From contig JAJDCB010000030.1 in assembly GCA_029261065.1 (NCBI GenBank), positions 48,196-112,195 on the forward strand: DNA of 64,000 bases, written 5' to 3'. A model generated the notes under the pieces. It saw only the letters and a list, made by a program, of their open reading frames with translations. It had not been told where the DNA came from and did not search any database. Position numbers and translations under genes: made by a program. This DNA is from Candidatus Omnitrophota bacterium. Lineage in GTDB: Bacteria; Omnitrophota; Gorgyraeia; Zapsychrales; Zapsychraceae. Positions 49,082 through 60,383 of the stretch are shown here, piece by piece (positions within the stretch are counted from its first letter, which is position 1; each line of letters begins with the position of its first letter).

Positions 49082-49204
49082 TTAAACTTCGTAATAATAC
49101 TTAGATTGTTTGTGGAACCTCCTTATTTCGGATAAGTCCTATTTGTCTTAAAATATTAGTGTAAGGTTAACTTAATAGAGGAATGATTTAAAAAGGATGA
49201 TTTT

Positions 49205-49594
49205 ATGAAAACAAAGATTTTATTAATCGAAGACAATGATGATTTTAGGAATGCGGTGAAGGGCTACTTAAATGAACAAATACTAGATATTGAGATTTTT
49301 GAAGCTTGTACAGGGGAAATGGGTGTAACGAAAGCTTCTTTAGTTAAGCCTGATATTGCTATTGTTGATCTAAACTTGCCGCATGCTAATGGGTTTGAAG
49401 TCATTAAAATGTTGAAAGAAGATCATCCGAATTGTTTTCTTATTGTATTAACCATGCTTGAGGTAGAACAGTTTAAGCAGTTGGCCAAAGAGTTGAACGT
49501 TGTTGATTTTGTTGGGAAAAGTGAGCTTTTTGATCGTCTCGTACCTGTCGTTAATAAATATGTAGAAAAATGCAGAGAAGCCAGTATGGTCTAG
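49205..49594 (+). CDS. Single-domain response regulator
   Basis: IEDN, VDLNLP..NG. Confidence 0.85.
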   Translation: MKTKILLIEDNDDFRNAVKGYLNEQILDIEIFEACTGEMGVTKASLVKPDIAIVDLNLPHANGFEVIKMLKEDHPNCFLIVLTMLEVEQFKQLAKELNVVDFVGKSELFDRLVPVVNKYVEKCREASMV

Positions 49595-49603
49595 AAGAAA
49601 GGG

Positions 49604-49861
49604 GTGATAAAAATGATTACAGAGATCGGAATCGTTTCAGGTGAAATATTGACAGCTCTTGATGAGATAGACACGCCTTTAGATATTCAACAACTTTTCC
49701 TTTATGTCGATGCCCCTCAGGATGTCATCACTATGGGGATAGGTTGGCTAATTCGCGAGGGTTATGTACATTTACACTTTGAAAATGGGCATTATTTTAT
49801 TGAAAAGCAAAAAAGGCGCTGCGATAAGAGTAATCTAGCCAGCAATACTTTTGGTGTGTAG
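49604..49861 (+). CDS. Winged-helix protein (DUF2582-like)
   Basis: IGIVSGEI..MGIGWLIREG. Confidence 0.65.
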   Translation: MIKMITEIGIVSGEILTALDEIDTPLDIQQLFLYVDAPQDVITMGIGWLIREGYVHLHFENGHYFIEKQKRRCDKSNLASNTFGV

Positions 49862-50026
49862 AGTTTCGTTTTACAGATATTCCATTTTTACTCAATTTTT
49901 CCTTCCTTAAATTTAGGCAATTTTTTCTACATTTTTCCTCCATTAGGCTTTACAATCAATAAAACAAAATACTAGATATAATATTTTTTCATTATTAATG
50001 AAATTTCTTAAAGGTATTCTGATTCT

Positions 50027-51043
50027 ATGATTAAAGTAGGTATTATTGGATGTGGGTATTGGGGGCCGAATCATATACGTATTTTTTCTCAATTGGCTAA
50101 CTCTCAAGCTGTGATGTGTGCTGATTTGGATGAAAATCGGTTGGCAAATGTTAAAGATTTATACCCTAATCTCCAAACAACAACAAATTATAAAGATATT
50201 TTGACCAATGATGAGATAAGGGCTGTGTGTATCGCATCACCTACCAATACCCATTTTAATCTCACCAAAGAGGCTTTAGAGCATGGCAAGCATGTTCTTG
50301 TAGAAAAACCTCTTGCTTTACATACAAAAGAATGTCAGGAACTCAAGGAGTTAGCTGAAAAAAAGAAGTTGGTGCTTATGGTGGGCCACGTTTTTCTTTT
50401 TAATTCCAGCATCCAATGGCTTAAAGATTACATTAAAGCCGGAGAGATGGGACAAATTTATTATGCTTATTGTACGCGAACCAATTTAGGACCATTTCGT
50501 TATGATGTTAATGCGTTATGGGATTTAGCCCCACACGATATTTCTATCTTAAATTATTTATTTGAAGGTTCTCCTATTAATGTCTCGGGACGCGGTCAGA
50601 AATCATTAGGCAGTTCGCTTGAAGATTTATCATTTGCTACTATGGAATACGAACAAGGCATTATTGCAAACGTTCATGTGAGTTGGTTGGATCCAAAGAA
50701 GGTGAGGCAGATGACAATTGTTGGAGAGAAAAAGATGGTGACGTGGGATGATTTAGATGGTTTAGGTCCGATTAAGCTTTATGATAAACATGTTGAGAAA
50801 ACCTCAACCTATTATGCGACGTACGGGGAGTTTCAGTTGCTTTCTAAAGAAGGAAGTATCACGTTACCCAATATCTCAGCAAGTGAACCTTTAAAGGCGC
50901 AGGGTCAGTATTTTATGGAGTGTGTGGAGAAGGTAAAAAATCCTGATCTAGCCGATGCGCAAAAAGGATTGGAGGTTGTTAAAACGTTGTGTGGTATTCA
51001 AGAATCCATGGATTTAAAGGGAACTTGTGTTGCCATTATATAG
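50027..51043 (+). CDS. Gfo/Idh/MocA oxidoreductase (sugar dehydrogenase)
   Basis: GCGYWG, VEKP, DLAPHD. Confidence 0.88.
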   Translation: MIKVGIIGCGYWGPNHIRIFSQLANSQAVMCADLDENRLANVKDLYPNLQTTTNYKDILTNDEIRAVCIASPTNTHFNLTKEALEHGKHVLVEKPLALHTKECQELKELAEKKKLVLMVGHVFLFNSSIQWLKDYIKAGEMGQIYYAYCTRTNLGPFRYDVNALWDLAPHDISILNYLFEGSPINVSGRGQKSLGSSLEDLSFATMEYEQGIIANVHVSWLDPKKVRQMTIVGEKKMVTWDDLDGLGPIKLYDKHVEKTSTYYATYGEFQLLSKEGSITLPNISASEPLKAQGQYFMECVEKVKNPDLADAQKGLEVVKTLCGIQESMDLKGTCVAII

Positions 51044-51055
51044 AGAGATAAAGCT

Positions 51056-51619
51056 ATGAGTTATTTTAAACACGAAAAAGCGATTGTTCACCCAGAAGCC
51101 GAAATAGGCGAGGGGACACGTTTATGGGCGAACACTAATATTCAGCAGGGCGCTACGATTGGCAAAGATTGTAATATTTGTGATGGAAGTTTTGTAGAGA
51201 GTGGCGCGATTGTTGGTAATCATGTCACGGTCAAACATCATGTTTCTATTTTTGATGGTGTCACGATTGAAGATGATGTATTTATCGGATCCAATATTGC
51301 CTTTATTAACGATCGGTATCCTCGGAGTAATAACGGGGGTGAGTGGACGTTAGAGAAGACTACGGTTAAAGAAGGTGCGACGTTAGGAAGTAATGTTGTT
51401 ATACTTTGCGGGTTAAGTGTTGGGCGTTACGCTGTTGTTGGGGCGGGAAGTGTTGTAACAAAAGATGTTGATGATTACACGATTGTAGGTGGTAATCCTG
51501 CGCGTCAAATGGGTTATGCTTGTGTGTGCGGTAAAAAGTTAGATAAGGAATTATCTTGTAGTTGTGGGAAAAAATATTTATTGAAAGATAAAGCGCTTGT
51601 GATGGATGATCAAAAATGA
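51056..51619 (+). CDS. Hexapeptide-repeat N-acetyltransferase (WbpD/WlbB-like)
   Basis: Left-handed beta-helix repeats, FINDRYPRS, GNPAR, Cys-rich tail. Confidence 0.85.
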   Translation: MSYFKHEKAIVHPEAEIGEGTRLWANTNIQQGATIGKDCNICDGSFVESGAIVGNHVTVKHHVSIFDGVTIEDDVFIGSNIAFINDRYPRSNNGGEWTLEKTTVKEGATLGSNVVILCGLSVGRYAVVGAGSVVTKDVDDYTIVGGNPARQMGYACVCGKKLDKELSCSCGKKYLLKDKALVMDDQK

Positions 51620-52347
51620 GCAAAGTTCTCGTCTCCCCGGTCGCGTTCAACGAAAAAATTAAGTTACAAAATGTTATAAAACGATTTTTGAAAAGTGAGT
51701 TTAACGGTACGTTTGATTATTTGATCGTGGATGATGCCTCAACAGATGGGCAAACAGAGATGATTGCCGGGTATAAAGATCAAGGGGTTATGACCCTTAG
51801 ACATCAAACACGTCAAGGCGTTGGTTCGGCCATTCGTACAGCTATACGGTATGCTCAAAAACATGATTACGATGTATTGGTGATTATGGCCGGTAATGAT
51901 AAAGATAACCCAGAGGAAATTGCAAGATTAACAGATCCGATCATTAAAGACGGGTGCGATCTTGTCCAAGGATCTCGTTATTTAGGAAAAAATGGCATTG
52001 GTGGGGATATGCCTTTTTATCGAAAGATTGCAACGAGATTACATCCGATGTTACTTTCTTTAATTTCTGGACGTCGTGTTACAGATTCGACAAATGGTTT
52101 TAGGGCTTTTCGTTTATCTCTTTTTAATGATGAACGCATTAACATTGATCAATCTTGGTTAGATCAATATGAGCTGGAACCTTATTTGTTATATAAAGTT
52201 ATTAAATTAGGTCATAAATTTCAAGAAGCTTCTGTAACAAAGATATATCCAGCTAAGAAGTTGGGTTATACAAAAATGCGTCCTTTAATCGGTTGGTGGA
52301 GTATATTGCGCCCGCTGATTTATTTAGGATTGGGTATAAGAAAATAA
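51616..52347 (+). CDS. GT2 glycosyltransferase
   Basis: VDDASTD, QGSRY, DSTNGFRA. Confidence 0.85.
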   Translation: MSKVLVSPVAFNEKIKLQNVIKRFLKSEFNGTFDYLIVDDASTDGQTEMIAGYKDQGVMTLRHQTRQGVGSAIRTAIRYAQKHDYDVLVIMAGNDKDNPEEIARLTDPIIKDGCDLVQGSRYLGKNGIGGDMPFYRKIATRLHPMLLSLISGRRVTDSTNGFRAFRLSLFNDERINIDQSWLDQYELEPYLLYKVIKLGHKFQEASVTKIYPAKKLGYTKMRPLIGWWSILRPLIYLGLGIRK

Positions 52348-52380
52348 AAAGATAAACCTCTTTAAATAAAGGAACGAATA

Positions 52381-52650
52381 ATGGCTAAAATACTCGCTTT
52401 CTTTTTGGTGTGTTGCATTTCGATTGGTTGTAGTTATGAAGGAAAATCTATTCAATCATATTTGAAAGATCCTCGATCCATCATCCAGGATCCTCATTTT
52501 ACTAGTTATCAAGAAAAGAGAGGGGATTTGGAAAGCCAGTATTTAAAGAAAGAAATTGCTTACGTTGATTATGTTGAGCAAATGGATCAGTTAGATCAAA
52601 AATATTCACAAGAAGTTCAAGAGAGAAGTTCGATTATTAATACACAATAG
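52381..52650 (+). CDS. Small lipoprotein
   Basis: Lipobox SIGC. Confidence 0.6.
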   Translation: MAKILAFFLVCCISIGCSYEGKSIQSYLKDPRSIIQDPHFTSYQEKRGDLESQYLKKEIAYVDYVEQMDQLDQKYSQEVQERSSIINTQ

Positions 52651-52672
52651 ATTGTGTGTGTTTGGAGTGCTT

Positions 52673-53413
52673 ATGAAGTTGTATGGGAAAAATCCAGTGT
52701 TAGAAAGGCTACGGTCGAATCCGAAAAGCATTAAAAAGATTCATGTGGAGCAAGGTGTTCAAGGTTTAACGGTGATCAGGCAAAAAGCGAAACAATGGAA
52801 TATCCCTGTTATAGCGACAACGCGATCCAAGATGCAAAAGATTGGACGGTCGCTTAATACGCAAGGAATTGTGGTTGTTGTAGACGATTTTGAATATATG
52901 CCATTTGATGATTTGTTAGAACAAGCTCTTAAGAAAAAACGGTGTATTCTTTTTCTAGATGAGATTAATGATCCGCAGAATTTAGGGGCTATTATTCGTA
53001 GTGCAGGGTGCTTAGGACATTTTTCAATAGTGTTACCTTCCCATAAATCTGTTTCCGTGACTGAGGCTGCTTTACGAGTAGCTTCAGGAGGGGAAAGTCA
53101 TGTTGCTATTGCTAAGGTGTCGAATTTAAATCAGGCGATTAGAGAGGCTAAAGGTGAAGGGTTTCATATTGTTGGTACGGTTGTCAATGCCAAACAAACA
53201 CTAGAGAAGACGCAACTCCCGTTTCCTTTGGGTATTGTTGTTGGGTCGGAACAAAAAGGAATTCGGGATGTGATTCGCAAAAATTTGGATTTAGAAGTTC
53301 AAATACCGATGTACATTGATCGGCTTTCATTTAACGTTGCTCATGCAACAACAATTCTTTGTTATGAAGTCACAAGACAAAAACTTATCAGAAAAAAACC
53401 AAGAGACAGCTGA
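52673..53413 (+). CDS. rlmB: 23S rRNA G2251 2'-O-methyltransferase-like (SpoU/TrmH)
   Basis: YGKNPVLE, DPQNLGAIIRS, GSEQKG, SFNV. Confidence 0.8.
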   Translation: MKLYGKNPVLERLRSNPKSIKKIHVEQGVQGLTVIRQKAKQWNIPVIATTRSKMQKIGRSLNTQGIVVVVDDFEYMPFDDLLEQALKKKRCILFLDEINDPQNLGAIIRSAGCLGHFSIVLPSHKSVSVTEAALRVASGGESHVAIAKVSNLNQAIREAKGEGFHIVGTVVNAKQTLEKTQLPFPLGIVVGSEQKGIRDVIRKNLDLEVQIPMYIDRLSFNVAHATTILCYEVTRQKLIRKKPRDS

Positions 53414-53981
53414 TCTAAACGCAATTAACTTTTTTGCAGAAGCGGGTCTTCTTAAAAGAGTAAAACGTAGCGGTTGGTGGGTTGCTGGTATCAAGGATCC
53501 TGAAAGTGTTGCCGAGCATTGTTATCGTTGTGCTGTCATTGGATATTATATGGCGCATGAAGAAAAGGTCGATCCTTTTAAGGTTATGACCATGACATTG
53601 TTTAATGATATTCATGAAGCGCGTATTAATGATTTGCATAAGATGGGACATTATTATATTGATTTTCGAGAAGCAGAAAAGAAGGTTTTTAAAGATCAAA
53701 CTAAGGGTTTAAAAAGTGAAGTAAGAGAAGAGTTGGAAGGGACGAGAAAAGATTATGATGAGCAGGTCACCAAAGAAAGTCTTGTCGCGCGCGATGCGGA
53801 TATTTTTGAATGTTTAATTCAAGCGAAAGAATACACTGATAACGGTCACGCCCAAGCTAAAAAATTTTTGAAAGTAGCACCAGGTCACTTAAAAACAAAA
53901 ACCGCTAAGCGTTGGTGGAAACAGTTAGAAAATTGGCATAGTGGAGACTGGTGGGAGAATGTTGTTAAGTTTGAACGGTGA
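53364..53981 (+). CDS. HD-domain hydrolase (YfbR/HDDC2-like)
   Basis: LKRVKRSGW, ESVAEH; HD replaced by ND; start uncertain. Confidence 0.75.
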   Translation: MKSQDKNLSEKNQETADLNAINFFAEAGLLKRVKRSGWWVAGIKDPESVAEHCYRCAVIGYYMAHEEKVDPFKVMTMTLFNDIHEARINDLHKMGHYYIDFREAEKKVFKDQTKGLKSEVREELEGTRKDYDEQVTKESLVARDADIFECLIQAKEYTDNGHAQAKKFLKVAPGHLKTKTAKRWWKQLENWHSGDWWENVVKFER

Positions 53982-54749
53982 TTGATGAAAATGCGCAGAT
54001 TTTTTTCATTTTGTTGTGTTATAAGTTTATTGTTTCTTTTTGGCTGTTCGTACAATGCGGCTACGGGACGGCGAGAGATTATTGCGATTTCTACCTCTGA
54101 AGAAGTTGCTCTTGGCCAAAAAGCCCACAATGGTATTCTTAAAGAATTTACTCTTTCTTCCGATGAAACGCTAAATGAGAAGGTTAATCGTATCGGTAAA
54201 AGGCTTGTCCGTGTTTCTGATCGGCAAGATTATCAATATCATTTTTATGTTATTGATAAAAAAGAGTTTAATGCTTTTACCACCCCAGGTGGACATATCT
54301 ATTTTCATGCAGGTCTTTTAGAGCATTTAAGTACGGATGATCAGATTGCTGGAGTCTTGGCTCATGAAATTGGTCATTGTGCGGCTAAACATACTATTAA
54401 AAAATATCAGGCGGCATTGGGATATAACTTTTTAGGAAATCTTGTTTTAAACCGTATTGGTGGCGGCGCTCAGCAAATTGCTAATTTAAGTTCAGGTGTT
54501 ATCATGAACTTGGCTTTTTCAGCCTATGGCCGCAAAGATGAATATGAAGCAGATCGTTTAGCTATAAAATATATGTATTTAGCTGGTTACGATATTGATG
54601 GCATGATTGGTGTATTGAAAGTTTTGGAACAAGCCTCAAAGGGGGCTTCTAAAACGCCTCTTATTTTGAGAAGTCATCCGTATTTGAAAGATAGGATTAC
54701 AGCGGCCAAGCAGGAGATTGTCAATATTAAGGTAAAGTTTGGGGAATGA
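53982..54749 (+). CDS. M48 metallopeptidase lipoprotein
   Basis: Lipobox LFGC, NAF..PGG, HEIGH, EYEAD, SHP. Confidence 0.88.
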   Translation: MMKMRRFFSFCCVISLLFLFGCSYNAATGRREIIAISTSEEVALGQKAHNGILKEFTLSSDETLNEKVNRIGKRLVRVSDRQDYQYHFYVIDKKEFNAFTTPGGHIYFHAGLLEHLSTDDQIAGVLAHEIGHCAAKHTIKKYQAALGYNFLGNLVLNRIGGGAQQIANLSSGVIMNLAFSAYGRKDEYEADRLAIKYMYLAGYDIDGMIGVLKVLEQASKGASKTPLILRSHPYLKDRITAAKQEIVNIKVKFGE

Positions 54750-54824
54750 AATTTTGATAACATCCAATAATCTTTGATTTTCCATTTGCGATTAGTAATT
54801 TAATGTTAGAATGGAGCTAATACA

Positions 54825-55130
54825 ATGAAACGAATTGGTATTGCTGCTAGTAAAATGGCCAAGGGAAATCGTGCGCTTTACAACGGCTATGTTGTATTGA
54901 TTTCCGCCCTTTTTTCATTGTTTATTTTTGTCATTGCTGGTGCTAGTGTTGTCTTTGCGCTAATCATTATTGCCACCATTGGTAATGAAATTATGCCAGA
55001 TGACAATTTTACAGAAAACTGGAAATCCATCCTTACTGTTTGTATGGTTTCTCTAACAGTCATCATTGCCATTTTTAACGTTTTTGCTATTACAAAGAAT
55101 ATTAAATTTCCTAAAGGAATAGAAAAATAA
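54825..55130 (+). CDS. Small membrane protein
   Basis: Two TM helices, RBS GGAG. Confidence 0.6.
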   Translation: MKRIGIAASKMAKGNRALYNGYVVLISALFSLFIFVIAGASVVFALIIIATIGNEIMPDDNFTENWKSILTVCMVSLTVIIAIFNVFAITKNIKFPKGIEK

Positions 55131-57436
55131 TGGTTCAGAATAAAATAGATTTTGAGCAGTGTTTAAATCAACTCCCCGTTGGTTTCTTTCGTGCCCATGT
55201 GGGTAGAAATTCCAAACTTACTTTTGTAAACGAGAATATTTTGAAATTATTGGGATATTCGAAAACAGAGATGATGAAAGTTAAAGCGTCATCTTTTTTT
55301 GTAGAGAAAAAAAGCTACAACTTACTTATAAAAAATGTTGCGGCTGATGGTTATGTTCACGATATGGAAGTGTGTTTTAAGAAAAAAAATAAAAAAACGA
55401 TATGGTGTTTATTGTCGGCTCAATATGTTCAAGGAGTTGGACGTAAGGAAGCGTACATGGATGTTACGGTGAGAGATTTCTCTCAACGTAAACAGATTGA
55501 GAAGGATTTGATCGAATCAAAAGAGATGTTTCAAACTGTCTTTAATAATTCGGCCACCGCAATTACTGTAACGGATAAAAACGAAAAAATTGTCGCTTGG
55601 AATCCTTTTGCTGAAAGGATGTTGGGTATGGAGCGAGAAGCTTTGTTTAATAAACCCATCAAAGATTTATACCCACCTAAAGAGTGGCGCCGGTTGCGTT
55701 CTTTTAGAATTAGAAGAAAGGGGATGCTCTCTGATATTGAAACGCAGATTATAAAACCGGATGGTAAAATTATAGATGTTAATATCTCGGTTACGGTTTT
55801 AAAAAATCTTGAGGGAAAAGTGGTAGGTTCTATTGGGATTATGAGAGATATTACGAACCAAAAGATTGCAGATAAAAAGGTAAGAGAATCGGAAAATAAG
55901 ATTCGTGTTATTCTTGATAATTCTGCAGCAGCGATCACCTTAACAGATGACCAAGAGCGTATCGTTTCTTGGAATAAATATACAGAACATATGCTGGGCA
56001 TGAAAAAGAACGATCTTTATCTTAAAGATGTTAGCTCGTTATATCCTGAAGATGAATGGAAAAAAATTCGTTCTGAGAAAATTCGAAAAATTGGTTCCAA
56101 GCATCATTTAGAAACAAAGGTTGTTAAGAGAGATGGTCATATCATTGATATCGATTTATCCATTAATGTCCTTAGAGATGATAAAGGGAAATTGATTGGA
56201 TCGGTTGGTATTATGCAAGATATCACTGAACAAAAACGTTTTCAGGAAATGCTTATTCAGGCAAAACTGTCCGCCGAGGAAGCCAATAGCGCTAAAACTC
56301 TTTTTCTAGCTAATATGTCACATGAAGTGCGTACACCCATGAACACCATTTTGGGAATGGTTGATCTGACATTGGATACAGAGCTCTCTGATGAACAAAA
56401 AGAAAATTTATCAGTTGTTAAAGATGCTGCTGATAATCTGTTGGGTCTTTTAAATGATATTCTTGATTTATCTAGGGTTGAGGCGGGAAAAATTTCTTTA
56501 GAAAAAATAGAGTTTCACTTACATAACGTTGCTAGAAGTGTTTGTAAGGGGTTGTCCGTTATCTCACGGGCAAAAAAATTGGAGATTGTTTTAAACTTTG
56601 CAGATGATGTCCCAGAGATGATTTTAGGGGACCCTGTTCGATTAAGACAGGTTTTGGTTAATTTGATTAATAATGCCATTAAATTTACGCATAAAGGTAA
56701 CATCACCTTAGATATTAGTTTAGCTTCAAAAAAGGGTGAGGATGTATTGATTAGTTTTGCTGTTAAGGATCAAGGGATCGGTATTCCGTTGGATCGACAA
56801 GATAAAATTTTTGAGGTGTTTACTCAAGCGGATGACTCGACAACAAGAAGATTTGGAGGCACAGGTCTTGGACTTGCTATCTCAAAGCGATTAGTTGAGA
56901 TGATGGGGGGAGATATTGGGGTCGAGAGTAAAGAAGGAAAGGGGAGTACGTTTAAATTTACGGCTGCGTACAAAGCATTGTCGGAGGAGAGGGTTTCAGC
57001 GTTAGGGATCGCTTCTCAAGAGGTTGAAAAAGAAAAGAGTGATGCTCCTGAGGTAAAAGATTTAAAAATTTTGTTAGCAGAAGATAATATTGTAAATCAA
57101 AAAATTGCAGCGCGCATGTTAGAAAAACAAGGATGGACGGTGACGTGTGCGGATAACGGAAAAGAAGTTCTTGATTTGATTATTGCCAATGAATTTGATG
57201 TTGTGCTTATGGATGCACATATGCCCATTCTTGATGGGTTAGAAGCCACACAAATTATTCGAAAAAATGAAACAAATACAGGTAAGCATATTCCTATCAT
57301 TGCTTTAACGGCTCGTGCTATGCAGGAAGACCGTAAAAAGTGTTTGGATTCTGGAATGGATGGTTATGTATCAAAACCGATAGATCGAAAAAAATTATTT
57401 GATGAAATCATTAATACAGTTAGAAAGGAAAAATAA
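55130..57436 (+). CDS. Hybrid histidine kinase with three PAS domains and receiver
   Basis: [31 protein letters not shown]. Confidence 0.92.
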   Translation: MVQNKIDFEQCLNQLPVGFFRAHVGRNSKLTFVNENILKLLGYSKTEMMKVKASSFFVEKKSYNLLIKNVAADGYVHDMEVCFKKKNKKTIWCLLSAQYVQGVGRKEAYMDVTVRDFSQRKQIEKDLIESKEMFQTVFNNSATAITVTDKNEKIVAWNPFAERMLGMEREALFNKPIKDLYPPKEWRRLRSFRIRRKGMLSDIETQIIKPDGKIIDVNISVTVLKNLEGKVVGSIGIMRDITNQKIADKKVRESENKIRVILDNSAAAITLTDDQERIVSWNKYTEHMLGMKKNDLYLKDVSSLYPEDEWKKIRSEKIRKIGSKHHLETKVVKRDGHIIDIDLSINVLRDDKGKLIGSVGIMQDITEQKRFQEMLIQAKLSAEEANSAKTLFLANMSHEVRTPMNTILGMVDLTLDTELSDEQKENLSVVKDAADNLLGLLNDILDLSRVEAGKISLEKIEFHLHNVARSVCKGLSVISRAKKLEIVLNFADDVPEMILGDPVRLRQVLVNLINNAIKFTHKGNITLDISLASKKGEDVLISFAVKDQGIGIPLDRQDKIFEVFTQADDSTTRRFGGTGLGLAISKRLVEMMGGDIGVESKEGKGSTFKFTAAYKALSEERVSALGIASQEVEKEKSDAPEVKDLKILLAEDNIVNQKIAARMLEKQGWTVTCADNGKEVLDLIIANEFDVVLMDAHMPILDGLEATQIIRKNETNTGKHIPIIALTARAMQEDRKKCLDSGMDGYVSKPIDRKKLFDEIINTVRKEK

Positions 57437-57437
57437 C

Positions 57438-57797
57438 ATGAGTGAACACGTTATAGATTTAGAAGAATTTTTGGAAAGAGTTCAGGATGATAAAGAATTA
57501 TTGCTAGAACTTTTAGATATATTCATGGATGATTTTCAACAAAAGCGCAAATTGTTAGACACCGCTATTTCATCTAATGATTTTGAGGAAGTAAAAAATA
57601 TTTCTCATTCTATAAAAGGTGCATCGGGTAATATTTCTGCTAAGTCTTTGCGTATGTTGTTTCTTCGGCTAGAAGATATGGGTGGCAATAGTGACCTTTC
57701 TGGGGCGCAAGATTTATTGATAGATGTTGATAAAAGCTTTGATGATTTGAAAAAGAGATGTGCAGAGTTAAAAACGGAGTTAGGAAGTGATAATTAA
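57438..57797 (+). CDS. Hpt phosphotransfer protein
   Basis: SHSIKGASGNI. Confidence 0.88.
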   Translation: MSEHVIDLEEFLERVQDDKELLLELLDIFMDDFQQKRKLLDTAISSNDFEEVKNISHSIKGASGNISAKSLRMLFLRLEDMGGNSDLSGAQDLLIDVDKSFDDLKKRCAELKTELGSDN

Positions 57798-57805
57798 AGC
57801 CTTCG

Positions 57806-59668
57806 ATGTCCATCCTCAAAAAAATTCATAATACACTTTATAACATTAAACAATCTCAAGTTTTGTTGTTGTTGTGCGCCATAGGATTGTTATGTTATTT
57901 CAATACCCTTACCTTTCCCTTCGTCCACGATGATGTTGTTTTTATCGTTCAAAATCCTAATATTGATCGTATCGATCTAAAACAAATATTTGATAGAACC
58001 TCCCCTTTAACGCAAGACCATTCGATCGTTAATGATTATTACAGGCCTTTTTTGGAAATTCTTTATCGTCTCCAATACAAGGTGTTTCGATTTCATGCGG
58101 GAGGGTATCATTTTTTAAACATCATTCTTCATGTTTTAAATAGTTTTTTAGTTTTTCTTATTGCGATGTGTTTGGTTAAGGATCGGGAAGAAAAGGACGT
58201 TCGCCAAGATCAAGAAGGGCTTGGGTTTTCTGGGAAGATGTTTGCTTTAGCCGTCTCTGTCTTTTTTCTGACGCATCCTGTTCAAAGTGAGGCTGTTGCT
58301 TGTATATCAGGTATATCCAATCTTATTTTTGTTTTTTTGTTATTGGGAAGTTTTTATTTTTATATTCAGTTTGAAGAAAAGAGAAGGGTTGGTTTATATG
58401 TGGCTTCTTTATTTGCGTTTTTGCTCTCCCTGCTAGCTAAAGAGCAAGCAATCGTCTTGCCATTTTTGATTGTTCTTTATGATTTATGGATATCAAAATA
58501 TTCTAAAAGTTATTTAAAGAAGGTGTTTCAGTGTTTGCCATTTTTTGTTTTGTTGCTTGGTTATTTTCTTGCTAGGGAGCACATCTTAGGATTGTCGATG
58601 GCGAGTGTGTTTGATTTTAAGGGAGAGCTTTGGTTGCGGATATTAGCCATCCCTCAAACCCTGTTAATGTATATTAAGATAATGTTTTATCCCGTTGATT
58701 TGCATTATTATCGCAACACCGATATCTTGCTGCCTTGGGTATTGCCAACAGTTTTTTTAAGTTTATTAATAGGAATTCTTCTTTTTCTTGTTTTAAAATT
58801 AAAGTCTTTTCATCGTCGATACGTTGCTTTTGGTCTTGGGTTCTTTTTTATAACGTTGGCTCCGGTTTTAAACATTGTTCCGTTAGTTAATGAATATTCT
58901 TTCATTTTAACAGCCGAGCATTTTTTGTATTTACCTTTGTTGGGGGTTATAATCAGCGTTTTGGTGGCATTTGATTTCTTGGCAAAAAAATTTAATTGCA
59001 ATAGGCATATACTGTTTCAAATATCCCTGTTTCTTGTCTTGGTTTTTATTGGTATCACTCATAAGCAGGTCACCTATTGGAGGGGAGAAATCCCACTGTT
59101 TGAAAGAACCATCGCTTTTGAGAAAGATTTTGGACGGGGTCATCTTCTTTTGGCTAAAGCATATTTTAGGGCAGGTAGGCTAATTGAAGCGCAAAAAGAA
59201 TATGAACGCGCGTTGGAAATTATGACGCGATATGTTGAAATTTCTTACCATCAGGGTGCTAAAGAAGTCTATCTAGGCTTCATTAAGGAAATACATAGGG
59301 AATTGGCCCAATGTTTGTTTGCTAAAACAGATTACCAAGGTTCCATAGATCATTATTTAAGTCTTTTAAAGATGCAAGAAGGGGATATGAATCTGTATAA
59401 TGGTATTGCGATGAGTTATTGTGGCATTTATGATAGTAAGAATGCTGAATTTTATTTTGAGAAGACATTGCAGTTTGATCAAGGAAACTTGATGATTAGA
59501 AATAATATGGGGGTTTGTTTTATGAAAAGTGGGGCATTTCAAAAGGCATTTAATGTTTTTGATAGTATTCTTAAAATGGATTCTGATTATGCGCCAACAT
59601 TAGAGAATTTAGAGCTACTTAAAGAAACACTGAAATTAAGAGAACACAAAATCAAGGGCTTAGAATGA
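57806..59668 (+). CDS. TMTC-like GT-C glycosyltransferase with TPR repeats
   Basis: VHDD, YYRP, HPVQSEAV, AEHFLYLP, TPRs. Confidence 0.85.
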   Translation: MSILKKIHNTLYNIKQSQVLLLLCAIGLLCYFNTLTFPFVHDDVVFIVQNPNIDRIDLKQIFDRTSPLTQDHSIVNDYYRPFLEILYRLQYKVFRFHAGGYHFLNIILHVLNSFLVFLIAMCLVKDREEKDVRQDQEGLGFSGKMFALAVSVFFLTHPVQSEAVACISGISNLIFVFLLLGSFYFYIQFEEKRRVGLYVASLFAFLLSLLAKEQAIVLPFLIVLYDLWISKYSKSYLKKVFQCLPFFVLLLGYFLAREHILGLSMASVFDFKGELWLRILAIPQTLLMYIKIMFYPVDLHYYRNTDILLPWVLPTVFLSLLIGILLFLVLKLKSFHRRYVAFGLGFFFITLAPVLNIVPLVNEYSFILTAEHFLYLPLLGVIISVLVAFDFLAKKFNCNRHILFQISLFLVLVFIGITHKQVTYWRGEIPLFERTIAFEKDFGRGHLLLAKAYFRAGRLIEAQKEYERALEIMTRYVEISYHQGAKEVYLGFIKEIHRELAQCLFAKTDYQGSIDHYLSLLKMQEGDMNLYNGIAMSYCGIYDSKNAEFYFEKTLQFDQGNLMIRNNMGVCFMKSGAFQKAFNVFDSILKMDSDYAPTLENLELLKETLKLREHKIKGLE

Positions 59669-60375
59669 CGACAGTCGAAATAGTATTATTTATTGGAATT
59701 ATTTTTTTCTTAATCCTAATTGTGGTTATATTTTTAATTCCAACGGAGTCTCGTCTTAAAAAGAAAAGACGAAGGGTTGCAAATAAACCGCCGGAGAAAA
59801 GTAAGGATTGGAAAGAGACAGCTTTAAGGTTGGAGCAACATATTCATTCAAAAAGTCAGACAATCGTTACACTTGAACGAGAAGCAAAGGCTCGCAATAA
59901 AGCGTTGTTAATTGAAAAAGCAAAAGTGGATAAGGTGAAAGACAAGTTGAAACAAGAGAGAGGATGGCAGCAAAAAGAGTTGGGTTCTGTAGAGCGGCAA
60001 ACGAAAGAATTGCAGGTTTTGAAAAACGAATTACGGGTGATTCAAGATAATTTGGGTAAGGAACATTCTGCTAACATTCGACTTAGGAAGGAGCTCGAGG
60101 AAGTTAATAAGAAATGTGAAGCCTATAATGCCAAACGAAGAGCAGCCGAGGCAGAAGTATCACAATTTAAAACGCATACAGCAGCTCAAAAGCAGGAGAT
60201 TTCCCATCTTAAGAAGGATGTTGCCGAGTTATCAAAGAAAAAACAAGATACGCAATGGGTTGCCAAAACGGAATATCTCAAGCTTGAACGAGAGTTAAAA
60301 GAAACGGAAAAGAGTCTTCAACGGAAATTAAGAGAAGCAGAGCAGCAGCTTGATAAGATTAAACGTGAATTTTAG
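59665..60375 (+). CDS. Membrane-anchored coiled-coil protein
   Basis: N-terminal TM, long K/E-rich heptads. Confidence 0.65.
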   Translation: MTTVEIVLFIGIIFFLILIVVIFLIPTESRLKKKRRRVANKPPEKSKDWKETALRLEQHIHSKSQTIVTLEREAKARNKALLIEKAKVDKVKDKLKQERGWQQKELGSVERQTKELQVLKNELRVIQDNLGKEHSANIRLRKELEEVNKKCEAYNAKRRAAEAEVSQFKTHTAAQKQEISHLKKDVAELSKKKQDTQWVAKTEYLKLERELKETEKSLQRKLREAEQQLDKIKREF

Positions 60376-60383
60376 TATAAGTT

